Position numbers and translations under genes: made by a program
Assembly: GCA_918797485.1 (NCBI GenBank)
Contig: CAKKNE010000002.1
Location: forward strand, 2,852,001-2,916,000
Source: Pelagomonas calceolata
Taxonomy: Eukaryota
Length of the DNA stretch: 64,000 nt
Direction of reading: 5' to 3'
Shown here: piece after piece, positions 1-10,464 of the stretch
Position numbering within the stretch: position 1 is the stretch's first letter
Layout: every line of letters begins with the position of its first letter
The notes under the pieces: generated by a model
Told to the model about the DNA's origin: nothing
The model's database searches: none
Seen by the model: only the letters and a program-made list of their open reading frames with translations

Positions 1-617
1 ACGGCGCGCGCGGCCGCCGCGCGCACCGCCGGCGCGGCGTCGGCCGCGAGCGCCGCTCCGGTGTCTCGCGGCGCGTCGGCCGCGCGCCGCCGCCACGCGG
101 CCAGCACGGCGCACGCCGCCGAGCGGGCCGTGAACCACTCGTGGCACGCGAGGCCCTCGACGAAGGGCGCGAAGTGCTCGGCCACGGCCGCCTCGGGCAG
201 CGCCGCGCAGACGCCGCGGGCCGTCTCGGCCGCGGCGGCGCGCACGCCGGCGTCCTCCGCCGCGCAGAGCTGGGCGAGCGGCTCGAGCAGCACGTGCGCG
301 TGCCGCGCGCCGCCCACGAGGGGCCCCAGCTCCGCGAGCCGCGTCGCGAGCTCGAGCAGCACGCCGTCGACGTCGTCCGTCAGGTCGCAGACGAAGGGCA
401 CGAGCTCGTCGCGGCAGCGCCGCGGGCCCAGCGCCGCCGCGATCTTCGGCAGGGCCGCGTGCGACCGCTGCCGCGCCGCGACATCGTCGTCGCGCAGCGC
501 GTCGATGAGCAGGGCTATCTCGCGCAGCGAGTCGCCGTGGTCGCTGACCGTCTCGGCGCTCGCGTCGTCGTCGCCGCCGTCGCTGCTGCCGCCCGTCGGG
601 GCGCGGAGGGCCGTCAT
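1..617 (-). CDS. PP2A scaffold subunit A-like HEAT-repeat protein (divergent; continues beyond the window start)
   Basis: Absent from the ORF track because it has no stop in the window. Manual translation from ATG 617 gives EIALLIDALRDDDVAAR..LPKIAAALGPRRCRDELVPFVCDLTDDVDGVLLELA..LVGG..HVLLEPL..HFAPFVEGLACHEWFTARSAAC, which is colinear with the PPP2R1A N-terminal HEAT repeats (IAVLIDEL..ELLPFL..DEDEVLLALA..WFTSRTSAC). Confidence 0.75.
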   Translation of the reverse strand, partial: MTALRAPTGGSSDGGDDDASAETVSDHGDSLREIALLIDALRDDDVAARQRSHAALPKIAAALGPRRCRDELVPFVCDLTDDVDGVLLELATRLAELGPLVGGARHAHVLLEPLAQLCAAEDAGVRAAAAETARGVCAALPEAAVAEHFAPFVEGLACHEWFTARSAACAVLAAWRRRAADAPRDTGAALAADAAPAVRAAAARA

Positions 618-1126
618 GGTGGTTTTATTTTATTGCGGTTGCGGCTGCGCTCGCGCAGCTGTCTTGCGCGTGCGGTCGGATAGGTCCTCGGAAGGGCCCT
701 GCGCGGCTCGGTCCGCTGGCTAGTGCAGCGCAGCGCAGTGGTTTTTCGAAAAAGTGATCGGGCAGCAGGAGCGATGGCACGCGAGTGCGCGCAGCCTCCA
801 CAACCGCGAAGAGCTGACAGTCTACGTACGCGAAAGCTTTCCGATGACCACTTAGGCTAGTCGGCCCCAGCTGGTCGGCGACCATCGATTTTTGTTTGGG
901 GAAAACCCGTTTTGTTTTGCAATTGAGACACCCGTGCTGGCGATGAAGTGTACATGCAGATACGCGTAGACGATTCGCCCGACACGTCCGACCAACCTCC
1001 GTACTCAGAAACTTCCACTTGATTGATAGAAGCGCGACGCGCCAGCCCCCTACGACTCACAAAAGTCTCACAGTTTTGATTTACGCGGGGGAGGGGGGAC
1101 GACGGGAAGACGACAACCGGAGCCCG

Positions 1127-2485
1127 TCAGCCCGGCGCGGCCGGCACCTCGGCGGGCGCCGACGAGTGCTGCTTGATCTTGTCGAGGAGCCGCGCGCGCG
1201 CGTCCTGCTGGTAGGCGCCGTTGACGCCCGGGAGGAGCGTGGACCGGCGCTGCTCCATGGCCGTGCGCAGCGACGCCTCGCTGAAGATCGTGAGCTCGGC
1301 CTCGGCCTCGTCGGGGTCGACGGCCTCGCCCTTGACCTGCCTCTCGTACTTCTCCTTGTTCTTGCGGAGGAAGACCAAGCACTCCTCGACGGCGCGGCAG
1401 TCGACCTCCGCATCTAACACGGCGCAGCGCCGCATGATCGCCACGTACGACTCGTAGAGAGGCGCGACGACGAACTGGATGAACCCGCACGTCGACCGCG
1501 AGATCACGTTCTTGTCCCGATCGAGTAAGGGCGCGACGGGGCGGCCCCGTTCTCTATCTAAATCGCCCTCGTGGTAGAACTCGGCGTACACGGCGTCGTT
1601 CCACTTGCGGGCCACGCGCCACGGCCGCGCTTGGTTCGAAATGTCCGCGCACTTCAGCGCGATCTGCAGCACCAAATCGATACCCTCCGGCGTCTGCAGC
1701 GGGTGCCACGCCGGCTCCGCGAGCTTCTGCTTGATCCTTTCCATCAGCGCGCCGTGCCGCGCCATGTCCGTCGCGAGGACCATGCCCCGCACCACCTCCC
1801 AAAACCGCGCCGCGTCTTTCACGTCCATCCCATCAAAAAGGCGGTGCTTCTCCGCGAGCTTCTCGAAGACGGCCAGGTGATGGTTTTCCAGCGGCGACTG
1901 GCGGTCGTAGCGCTGGCTTAACTCGGAATTCTCGTTGTTCTGGAACGTGTTCGACAGGCCCGGATGATCTAAATCGTGGCACATGGCCGCGACCAACGCC
2001 GCGGCGCGTTCGACCGGCGATAGAGCATCAGCGACGTGCGTCGCTAATAACAAAGTATACATGTACTGCGTCACGTCCGTGATGTGCGAGAAGCCGTGGT
2101 AGGGGTTCGCGCGCATGCACTGCTTGATGTCGTACACGAAGGGGAGTAACGCACCGGGCGCCTTGTTCAGAACGGAAGCGACCTTCAGGTTCTCGACCAT
2201 GCGCACGAGGTGGCGCAGCCGCGTGTCGTCGTCCACCCCCAAACAGTCGTAGTTCATGGTACATAAATCCGTGTGCACGAGGAACGCGTGCCAGTCGAGG
2301 TGGGCCATGGGGTCGTCCTTGTCGAGCTGCGTCATCGAGTCCTCCGTGATGAGCTTGGCCGCGTAGAAGCTCAGGCGCCGGAGCGGCGCCTGCGACGGCC
2401 GCACGGGGCGCGGCGGCGGCAGGTTTGTCAAGGTGTCCTCCTTGCGGACCCAGGGCGCGACCTTCGCGGCGACGGCGTTGCCCAT
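1127..2485 (-). CDS. Class I 3',5'-cyclic nucleotide phosphodiesterase
   Basis: Motifs NPYHGFSH, MCHDLDHPG, LENHH, LATDM, LKCADISN and EFYHEGD. The MGN start could be an N-myristoylation site. Confidence 0.92.
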   Translation of the reverse strand: MGNAVAAKVAPWVRKEDTLTNLPPPRPVRPSQAPLRRLSFYAAKLITEDSMTQLDKDDPMAHLDWHAFLVHTDLCTMNYDCLGVDDDTRLRHLVRMVENLKVASVLNKAPGALLPFVYDIKQCMRANPYHGFSHITDVTQYMYTLLLATHVADALSPVERAAALVAAMCHDLDHPGLSNTFQNNENSELSQRYDRQSPLENHHLAVFEKLAEKHRLFDGMDVKDAARFWEVVRGMVLATDMARHGALMERIKQKLAEPAWHPLQTPEGIDLVLQIALKCADISNQARPWRVARKWNDAVYAEFYHEGDLDRERGRPVAPLLDRDKNVISRSTCGFIQFVVAPLYESYVAIMRRCAVLDAEVDCRAVEECLVFLRKNKEKYERQVKGEAVDPDEAEAELTIFSEASLRTAMEQRRSTLLPGVNGAYQQDARARLLDKIKQHSSAPAEVPAAPG

Positions 2486-2908
2486 CCCGGAAGGCTCAGC
2501 TGATTGAGTTGGAGGTAGGCGGCGGCGGCGGCGCGCGCGGCTGCCCTTTTCGGCGTGTTAATCGCTGCGGGCTTGTCGGAAACGGTCGCGTCGCCGCGTT
2601 GCTTGCTGCCCGGCCCTCGCGTTGCCTTGCGATGTGATGCTGAGAGAAGGCACAGCCGGAGAGGCTCAGCCCGGCGCGACGCATTTAGGGAAGAGAGAAA
2701 CGCGGAGAGGAGTGTCAGACCCATCGCAGCGCGTTGTCTACGCATGGAGGGGTCTCAGAAAATCGTGACGGGTTTTCGGTGCGCGCGTGGCCTCGTAAAA
2801 ATCCACGGCAGGAGCGCCATTTGTGGATCCGAGCTGTTATAGCTGCGTTGAAGTACAGCAGCGCTCGCAGCCAGCACGCTGCGGCAGTCAAAGTTGCAAA
2901 AACCGAGT

Positions 2909-4937
2909 ATGCACAGTGGGAGAGCCCAGCTGCTGGCCCTCGCGCTCGTCGCAGCGACGACGCATGCCTTTAGCCTGCCCAGTGGGAGAGCCCAGCTGCT
3001 GGCCCTCGCGCTCGTCGCAGCGACGACGCATGCCTTTAGCCTGCCGCGCGCGACGCGACGAACCCGGCTGCGCGCCGCGGCCGTCGAAGCCGTCGAAGAG
3101 TTCGACGTTGTTGTGATTGGGAGCGGCATCGGCGGGCTGTCGTGCGCTTCATTATTAGCGGCGGCGGGACGGGAGGTCTGCGTCCTCGAGGCGCATTATG
3201 AATTAGGAGGTTGTGCCCACGAGTACGATGTTGATCTGGACGGGAAGACGATCCCGAGCGAGAAGCTGAAGACCATGGACCCGCGGCCGCCGACGTTCAA
3301 GTTCGAGGCCGGCCCCTCATTGTACAGCGGCTTCTCGCCCGACCGGTCGCCGAACCCCCTCAAGCACGTCTACCAGATGATCGGCGAGGAGCCCGAGTGG
3401 ATTACGTATGATAAGTGGGGCGCCTACCTCCCGGAGGCTCCCGAGGGCTACGAACTGAGTATAGGTGCCGAGAACTTTCTCGAGATTCTGAGACGCTACG
3501 GCGGCCCGACGGCCGTCGCGGACTGGAACAAGCTGGCCGAGGTGCTGCGGCCGCTGGCGAAGGGCGTCATGGGCGTCCCCTCGACGGCCGTTCGGGGCGA
3601 CGCCGGCGTCCTCGCGACGTTGGCGCTGCGGTATCCGGGCCCCTTCCTCAACGTCGTCAAGGACGCGCCAAAAATTCTGGGGCCCTTCGACATGGAGGAT
3701 CCAGAAAGTCCGTTCTACGTCGAAGATCAGTTCCTGCGGAACTACCTCGACCTCATCGCCTTCCTCCTGCAAGGCCTGCCGGCCTCGGGAACGCTCACGG
3801 CGGTCATGGCCTACATGGTCGAGGACTTCTACAGAGAGGGCGCGGTGATGGACTTTCCAAGAGGCGGGTCGCGCGGCCTCGTCGAGGCGCTGGCCCGGGG
3901 CGTGACGAAGCGGAGCGGATGTGATGTGAGGAGGTCGACGACGGTCGAGCGCGTGGTGGTGGAAGACGGCCGCGCCGTCGGCGTTTTGTTGAGAGGAGGC
4001 AAGACGATCCGGGCGAGAAAAGGCGTCGTGTCCAATGCTGACCTAAAGAACACCTACGACCTCGTGGAACGGGGCATTTCTCAGAAATTCGACGAGGAGC
4101 GCGACGCGAATCTGAAAAATGTGAAGCTCTGCAAGTCTTTTGTGCATGTGCATCTCGGCGTGCCGGCGTCGGCGATTCCCGACGACGCGCCGCCGCAGTG
4201 GACGGTGGTCGGGCCGTCCTGGGACGGGCCCATCGACAAGAGCGGCAAGGTCGTGGTCGTGAGCGTGCCGTCGAAGCTCGACCCCAGTCTAGCGCCGGAG
4301 GGCTACCACGTGATCCACGCCTACGGCGCGGGCAACGAGCCCTACGATTTGTGGAAGGAGTTCGAGGGCAAGACGAATACGGAGGCGTACAAGGCTGTGT
4401 GGAAATCAACCAGTGCATCGGGTGCCAATTCTTCACTAAGTCATTTCTCGGCGATGACGCGGCCGTCCTGGCTCGGTCGAGCGGTGAGGAACCGGCATCG
4501 CCACGTCATCGAGCAGACATCGCGTCGATGGCGTGGAGGACGACGCGATGATTCAGCACGAACGCGCAGTAAAATTTTGATTTCCACACAGGTACAAGGC
4601 GTTCAAGGAAGAACGGGCGCGGCCCATCTTCGACGCGATCGCCAAGCGCGCCCCGGACGCGCGCAAATCCGCCGTCGTGGAGCAGATCGCGTCTCCAATA
4701 ACGCACGCGCGATTCCTGCGGCGCCACGAGGGCAACTACGGCCCGGCGATCGCCGCCGGTTCCGGCGTCGAATTTCCTACGGTGACGACGCCGCTGCCGG
4801 GCTACTACCGGTGCGGCGACAGCACGACGGCGGGCATCGGCGTGCCGGCCGTCGCGTCGTCGGGCGCCCAGTGCGCGAACGCTCTGCTCAACGTCTTCGA
4901 GCAGCTGAAGCTGAACGGCCTGATCCGTATGCCTTAA
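2909..4937 (+). CDS. Carotenoid isomerase (CRTISO)-like FAD oxidoreductase, probably plastid-targeted; exons 2909-4386 and 4592-4937
   Basis: Motifs DVVVIGSGIGGL, EAHYELGGCAH, FEAGPSLYSG and FPRGGS. Removing intron 4387-4591 gives EAYKAFKEERARPIF and joins in frame to the C-terminal SPITHARFLRR..YGPA..GYYRCGDSTTAGIGVPAVASSG. The 1067-aa ORF-track entry is read-through of this intron. Confidence 0.88.
2914..3045 (+). repeat. Perfect 66-bp tandem duplication of the signal-peptide coding segment (2 x SGRAQLLALALVAATTHAFSLP)
   Basis: 2914-2979 and 2980-3045 are identical. Confidence 0.95.
4395..4591 (+). mobile_element. Introner (non-autonomous TIR DNA transposon, 197 bp) forming intron 4387-4591
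   Basis: TIRs CTGTGTGGAAATCAA...TTGATTTCCACACAG. Perfect 8-bp TSD GTACAAGG at 4387-4394 and 4592-4599. The GT donor comes from the TSD and the AG acceptor from the TIR; splicing restores the frame. Confidence 0.95.
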
Positions 4938-4998
4938 TCAATGTGTTATCTATTAGTCTTGGGGGGCGCGGAAGATATATGATAAAACGTGTGAGCGC

Positions 4999-6030
4999 TC
5001 AGGCCAGGATGGCGAGGGCCGCGGCCGCGGCGCAGAACGCGACCTTGACGGGCAGCGCCAGCGCCAGGATCGCCTTGACGAGCGCGTGGGCCGGGGCCAG
5101 CGCGCGGGCGAGCGGGCCCTTCCGCGGCTGCTTCGCCGCCGCTGGGGCCGGCTTCTTCGCCTTCGGTGCCGGGGCCTTAGGGGGCTTCGGCGCCGTCGCC
5201 TTCGGCGGGGCTGGCTTGGTCGCCTGCTTCTTCGGCATCGCCTTCGGCGCCTTCGCCTTCGGCGGGGCCGGCTTGGACGCCTGCTTCTTCGGCATCGCCT
5301 TCGGCGCCTTCGCCTTCGGCGCGGCCGGCTTCGGCGGGGCCGGCTTGACCTTCGGCACCGGCTTGAGCGCGGCGGTCTGCGCCCGGAGGACGATGGCCTT
5401 CCGCGTCACGGCGGGCGCCGCGACCGGCGCGACGGGCGCCACGGGCGGCGGCGCCGTGACCACGACGGCGGCGCCGAGGGCCACGAAGGCCACGAGGGCC
5501 GCGAGCGTGACGGGGATGCGACGCGCGGGCGCCGGCGGCGCGGCGGGCGCGAGCTCCGGGAACTTGCCGAGCTCGGAAAAGGGCGCGTCGAGTTTGGGGG
5601 TCCGCGGCGGCGGCGTCATGAGCAGCGGCGCCGCGGGCGAGGCGACGGGCGTTTTCGGCGTCGTCGGCGCGATGGCGCGCTCCGAGTGCAGCGGCGTGTC
5701 CGAGCCCGTCTCCGAGAACTCGGAGGTCGAGCCGCCGGAGCTGCGCAGCGTACTTACGGCCCGCACCGGCGACGGCGACGGCTGCGGCTTCGGGGCCGGC
5801 GACTTGGCCGGCGCGAGCGCGTTGCTCACGTCCTTGAGGCCGCGGCGCCGTTCGGGGAACGTCGCGATGGCAGCCGTGACGGCGGCGCGCAGGCCGAAGG
5901 GCGGCGACGCCGGCGACGAAACCGCTGCCACTTTAGCGCTCTTCTTCTCTTCGACGTCGCACGGCGACAGCGCAACCGCGGGCAGCGGGCTGTCCGCCAT
6001 GGCGCCGTGGAAGGCAGGAGATTGCATCAT
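4999..6030 (-). CDS. Pro/Ala/Lys-rich low-complexity protein with a central hydrophobic segment and KAP repeats
   Basis: Long ORF with GC3-biased codons, a TM-like stretch VTLAALVAFVALGAAVVV, two KAKAPKAMPKKQA repeats and a hydrophobic C-terminus. No family recognised. Confidence 0.6.
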   Translation of the reverse strand: MMQSPAFHGAMADSPLPAVALSPCDVEEKKSAKVAAVSSPASPPFGLRAAVTAAIATFPERRRGLKDVSNALAPAKSPAPKPQPSPSPVRAVSTLRSSGGSTSEFSETGSDTPLHSERAIAPTTPKTPVASPAAPLLMTPPPRTPKLDAPFSELGKFPELAPAAPPAPARRIPVTLAALVAFVALGAAVVVTAPPPVAPVAPVAAPAVTRKAIVLRAQTAALKPVPKVKPAPPKPAAPKAKAPKAMPKKQASKPAPPKAKAPKAMPKKQATKPAPPKATAPKPPKAPAPKAKKPAPAAAKQPRKGPLARALAPAHALVKAILALALPVKVAFCAAAAALAILA

Positions 6031-7433
6031 GCTGCACACGGGCCAGCACGGGCGATTTCCGCCTCTTGGGCAATCTCAAACCGTAATTGAGTCCTAATAT
6101 GTCCATACGCTAGCTCGCTAGGTCTTGCGGCTCGCCAAATTACACCAACGTTTGACGCCGCCATCTACCGTCCATATAGTACATCATATACACTCCAGCC
6201 CAGTTTTCATCCAAGTTCGACGGAACCGGAGCCGACGGCCCGCGCTCGGAGGGCGGGAAAAGAATTCTACTAGACAACTCCCGAGTTTATGTTCGTTTCC
6301 TGCCGTTTGTTGGTGGTAGACTCCATCTTGGCCGCCTGGACGAGATCGAGTTAGATTAGATGACCCGTTAGAGCCTCGCGATTCGCCATCTTCGCGACCC
6401 CGCGTTTACATATAAACGAGCTCAAGAGCTAGATATGCGAGTATCAGCGACGCCACCACCCAGATGGACCATAACGCCGTTGTTCTATTCACGATCGACC
6501 GACTTGCCCGTTCTCCGCGGACGACGGTGCGTACGCGGGGCACTGAATTGGCCCCAGACCGGTGAGTTGTAAAATAAATTTGCGTTTCAGGCGATTTAGT
6601 AGTGGGGCGGGCCAGCTAACTGGCCTGATCATGTACTACATTGCTCCGATACCCCAAGATGCTCGGCGCGGCTCGTCGGTCTCGCGGACCCACGATCGGC
6701 TTCTGTCGGCGAATTATTTGAACCTGCGACCATCAGCGCGTGTACCATCACCATGGACCATGACGCGATCATTTGTTCCATGATCGACCGACTTACGCGG
6801 GGTCCAGATCAAGATGTTCACGTCCCGGGCGTGGGCAGTCCAAAGTACCCTTCTCGCGGTGTAGATGCCATATACTTGTAATTGACTATCGGCGGGGTAG
6901 TATGGGGTCCAACGAGACCGCTACGGGGACTACTGGGGCCCCTCGGGTAATTGACGTTTTTGACGGGAACGGGGCGCCATCGGGCCCAAATAACTTACTT
7001 TTTTCGGGGGCAGGTCGGCTCCTGGAGGTCTCTCGGGGTAGGTCTGGTAGTGGGTAAGCGCCTGCGCCGCATACGCCGTCGATGCAGCAGCCAAGTGTTC
7101 TCGGAGAGCCCTGGAAGCAACAAAGGCATAAAAGTTGCTAAAGCTCTGTGGCCTGCTGAGAGAAATCGACCAAAAATGATTGAAGCGCCGGCGCATGCGG
7201 TGTAGGCGATTGCACGTGTATAGTACCGACCCTAGGCGACCCCAGGGACACCTCCCCGGCAAGGATTGACAGGATTCCACCGGCGCGGCCGCCATAGACC
7301 GTAGGGCGCCCTCGGCCGCGAATTAAAAAATATCCTTTTTCGGCCCCCAGGAAGTGTCCCATTGATATCTTTGGACCATTAGCTAACTGAACGATACTCA
7401 AATGGCTGCATGTCGCGTTTTGATCTGGTGCTT

Positions 7434-7458
7434 GCTAGTGTCTTTACGCACCGCTAGC
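7434..7458 (+). promoter_or_regulatory. Upstream 24-bp motif, copy 1
   Basis: GCTAGTGTCTTTACGCACCGCTAGC, about 190 bp before the THOC3 ATG. Confidence 0.55.
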
Positions 7459-7646
7459 TCGTACTTTGCTTTGGCAAGCTTGTCCAGCCGCGGAGATTAG
7501 AGCACGCGGCCACGCACTTGCACCTCTCCTCTACTCCGTGTCCGCGCCCGCTCCGTAAGCGGTTCCAGAGCCGTGCCGCCTGCAGCTCCCACTGCTGCCT
7601 AGCCTCGCTGCTCGCGCGCCCACCGCCGACAGCGAAGCGCTGCAAG

Positions 7647-8819
7647 ATGGCCGCCATGGACACCAGCGAACCACAAACCACGAACCCCAACGCCCACCTC
7701 GAGCGCCTCTTCCCCGTGCCCGGCGAGGGCTACACGTGGGGCCCGCCCGAGGAGCCCACCTATCCCATCCCCGAGTGGGACGCGGCGAAGACGAAAGTCG
7801 TCGGCGGCCACTCGCGCAACGTGAACAAGCTCGCCTGGAACGCAAGTGGCGACAAACTCGCGAGCGGGTCCGACGACCGGACGTGCCGCGTCTGGAGCGG
7901 CGAGGACGACTACCGCCATTCATTGAAATTGGACGGCCACGGCGACAGCGTCGTGCAGCTCGCCTGGGACCCGCGCAACAACGAGTCGCTGGCGACGCTC
8001 GCGGCGGACAAGACGGTGCGGTTGTGGGATTTGCGCGAAGGCCGCGCGCGGTCGCGGGCGTCGATCAAACTGTCGCACGAGTACATTAACGTGGCCTGGA
8101 GCCCCTGCGGCGGCTACCTCGCCGTGGGGTCCTCGGTCGGCAAGAAGGAGGGCGACGAGAAGGACTGCGTCACGGTGTTGGACGCCAAAACCCACAAGGC
8201 CACGAAACGCTTCAAATTTGCGTATGAAGTGAACGAGTTCTGCTGGGCGCCGGACTCGAGGCATTTGATGTTGACGACGGCGCACGGCACGATCGAGGTG
8301 CTACGCGCGGTCGAGGGCGGCCCACCTCCCGTCGAGTTCGACAAGATTTGTAGCTGTGACGACGACGACATCCCCAAGCCGCACGCGGACTCGGTCTGGG
8401 TCGCGCGGGCGCACACGGACGCGTGCTACTGCGTGGATTTGAGCACGGACTGCCACGGGCCGCCTTTACTCGCGGTGGGCGCCAAGGACGCCCTGGTGAG
8501 CATCTGGGACGTCGAGGAGATGATCTGTTTAAGGTGCGTGCCGCGCCACGACACGCCGGTCCGCTGCGTCGCCTTTTCGCGCTACGGCCAGTTCGTCGCG
8601 TCGAGCGCGTACGACGCGGGTATTGATATCGCGGACACGAAGACGGCCGAAAGGGTAGCGACGGTCGAGGCGGCGCACGCGATGAACTCACTCGCGTGGC
8701 ACCCGCAGAAGCCCGTGCTCGCCTACGCGATCGACGCGAAGTCGAAACCTGACGGGCGGACGCGCGACGAGCCGCCCTACCTCCGGCTGCACTCCGTGCC
8801 CCTGCCATCAGGTAACTAG
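7647..8819 (+). CDS. THOC3: THO complex subunit 3 (TEX1), WD40 protein
   Basis: GHSRNVNKLAWNASGDKLASGSDD, GHGDSVVQLAWDP, DKTVRLWD, EYINVAWSP, FAYEVNEFCW, AHTDACYC, AVGAKDALVSIWDVEEMICLR and LAWHPQKPVLAYA all match the THOC3 pattern. Confidence 0.85.
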   Translation: MAAMDTSEPQTTNPNAHLERLFPVPGEGYTWGPPEEPTYPIPEWDAAKTKVVGGHSRNVNKLAWNASGDKLASGSDDRTCRVWSGEDDYRHSLKLDGHGDSVVQLAWDPRNNESLATLAADKTVRLWDLREGRARSRASIKLSHEYINVAWSPCGGYLAVGSSVGKKEGDEKDCVTVLDAKTHKATKRFKFAYEVNEFCWAPDSRHLMLTTAHGTIEVLRAVEGGPPPVEFDKICSCDDDDIPKPHADSVWVARAHTDACYCVDLSTDCHGPPLLAVGAKDALVSIWDVEEMICLRCVPRHDTPVRCVAFSRYGQFVASSAYDAGIDIADTKTAERVATVEAAHAMNSLAWHPQKPVLAYAIDAKSKPDGRTRDEPPYLRLHSVPLPSGN

Positions 8820-8830
8820 TTTATCACACA

Positions 8831-9601
8831 CTACTGGGGCGGCGAAGTGGGCGGCGTGATGCCTGCGCGCGCGCATAGCGCGTGCGTCGCCGCCTGCGTC
8901 GCGTGCGCGACGGCCGGGTCGGCCAGGTGCTCCATGAGCGCGACCTGGAGCTGGACGTAGCCGTCGGCGCCGTCGTAGCCGATTGTTGGGGCGAGCTCGG
9001 TCTGGACCGCGGCGAGCGCCCGCATCACGGCGCCGGACGCCTTTTGCGCGTCGCCCTTCGCCGCCGCCAGGTCGGCGGCCAGCGCGTCCCCCAGGTCGCC
9101 GGCGGCCGCCGCCGCGACCTTGCCCGCGAACTCGCGCGCGGCCTCCGGCGCCATCGGCTTCGGGCTGAGCGCGAAGCCCCGGAGTAGCACCTCTTCCCAG
9201 ACCTCCTTGTCCAAGCTTTTCAGTTCCTCTAGAGCTTCGGGCCCCGCGCTCTGCGCCGCCAGACCCAGGTGGTGCCTATAGCTGATGATGCCCTTTTCCG
9301 ACGCCTCGTACCCGAACGCCGCGGCGGTGTGCGCCTGGGCGCCGACGAGCACCTGCATCGCCTGGACCCAGCGGTCCGCCACCGGCGCCTCCGGCGCCGC
9401 GGCGAGCGCGTCGAGCCTCCTCCCGCTGACGCCGAGGCGCACGAAATCCAGCACGATGCGCGACGAGCTCAGGGCCTGGGCCTTCGACAAAGAAGTGGGC
9501 GGCGGCAGGTCGGGTGCCGCCGCCGGCGTCGAGAAGCGCTTCCACGCATGCGTCTGCTCCGCGACACGTCTGCCCAGCCTCGCGGTCGTGCGGAGGAGCA
9601 T
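8831..9601 (-). CDS. Hypothetical protein with a mitochondrial-type transit peptide
   Basis: 256-aa ORF with coding-like codon usage; Arg-rich N-terminus MLLRTTARLGRR..WKRFST. Confidence 0.7.
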   Translation of the reverse strand: MLLRTTARLGRRVAEQTHAWKRFSTPAAAPDLPPPTSLSKAQALSSSRIVLDFVRLGVSGRRLDALAAAPEAPVADRWVQAMQVLVGAQAHTAAAFGYEASEKGIISYRHHLGLAAQSAGPEALEELKSLDKEVWEEVLLRGFALSPKPMAPEAAREFAGKVAAAAAGDLGDALAADLAAAKGDAQKASGAVMRALAAVQTELAPTIGYDGADGYVQLQVALMEHLADPAVAHATQAATHALCARAGITPPTSPPQ

Positions 9602-9917
9602 GGCTCTCTTTGCAAGTGCTGTGTTGCCGCACGACTCGTCAGCGATACGCCGACGAGCGATATGTGCGTCCCGATGCCGCTGTAGCTTGCAAATGCCACT
9701 CGCTGGATGGCAAAAAGTCGTCGCGACGACGCCAAAGCTCTCAAAACCCGTGCGGATGGGAGGGATGGGCAGACGTTCACGGCACGTCTACAGCTTCCCG
9801 ATCACTCATACTCAAGCTCGCGTTTCGTACACGCCACTAGCATGTGGCGCACAGCCAACTGTGAATGATAAGACAGGCTGCCTAAGCCGGTCCAGGATCA
9901 CGACAGATGAACTACAG

Positions 9918-10433
9918 ATGAGTGGGCAGCCTGGAACGAATCGCGGCAATGCGCCACCACCGCGCTTCTGCCCGTCTCCGACAAAAGAAATGCGCATGCT
10001 AATGGCACAAAGCAGTAGCCCGCCCCAGGCGAGCGAAACCGTCGTCGACGTCGACGTGAGCGTCCCCTCGGACGAGTCGGAGCGCGAGGACAGCGGCTAC
10101 GTGCCGCGCTCGTCGGTGGTCCTCATGCCCGACGGCAACCTCGCGTCCCTGCAGCTGTACGACGGCTGGATGGACGACCGGCCCGGCAAAAGGCCGCTGT
10201 TCGATACCTTCTCGGAGCGCGGCGACGACGAAATCCAGCTGGACGCGCCGGCGACCTTCGGCCGCGTCCGCATCGACGACGGGTCGCGGTCGCCGTCGCC
10301 CGCCGAGGAGACCGCCCGTGTGTGGGACCGCCTCTTCTGTAGCTTCGATACCTCGGTGCTCGTGTGCCCCGGGGTAGGCCTCGCCGACGACGACGACGAG
10401 GAAGGCCTTCGGGTGCCCTGGGCGCCGAGCTAA
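9918..10433 (+). CDS. Hypothetical acidic protein (start may instead be ATG 10002)
   Basis: 3' part of ORF 9285-10433; coding-like GC3 bias from about 10000. Confidence 0.5.
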   Translation: MSGQPGTNRGNAPPPRFCPSPTKEMRMLMAQSSSPPQASETVVDVDVSVPSDESEREDSGYVPRSSVVLMPDGNLASLQLYDGWMDDRPGKRPLFDTFSERGDDEIQLDAPATFGRVRIDDGSRSPSPAEETARVWDRLFCSFDTSVLVCPGVGLADDDDEEGLRVPWAPS

Positions 10434-10464
10434 CATATACTGTTGTTCAACACACAAGCTTAGG

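Noticed and set aside
2894..6097. 1067-aa ORF as one giant CRTISO fusion
   Set aside because: It reads through the introner out of frame and then along the antisense strand of the 4999-6030 gene; the spliced gene ends at 4937.
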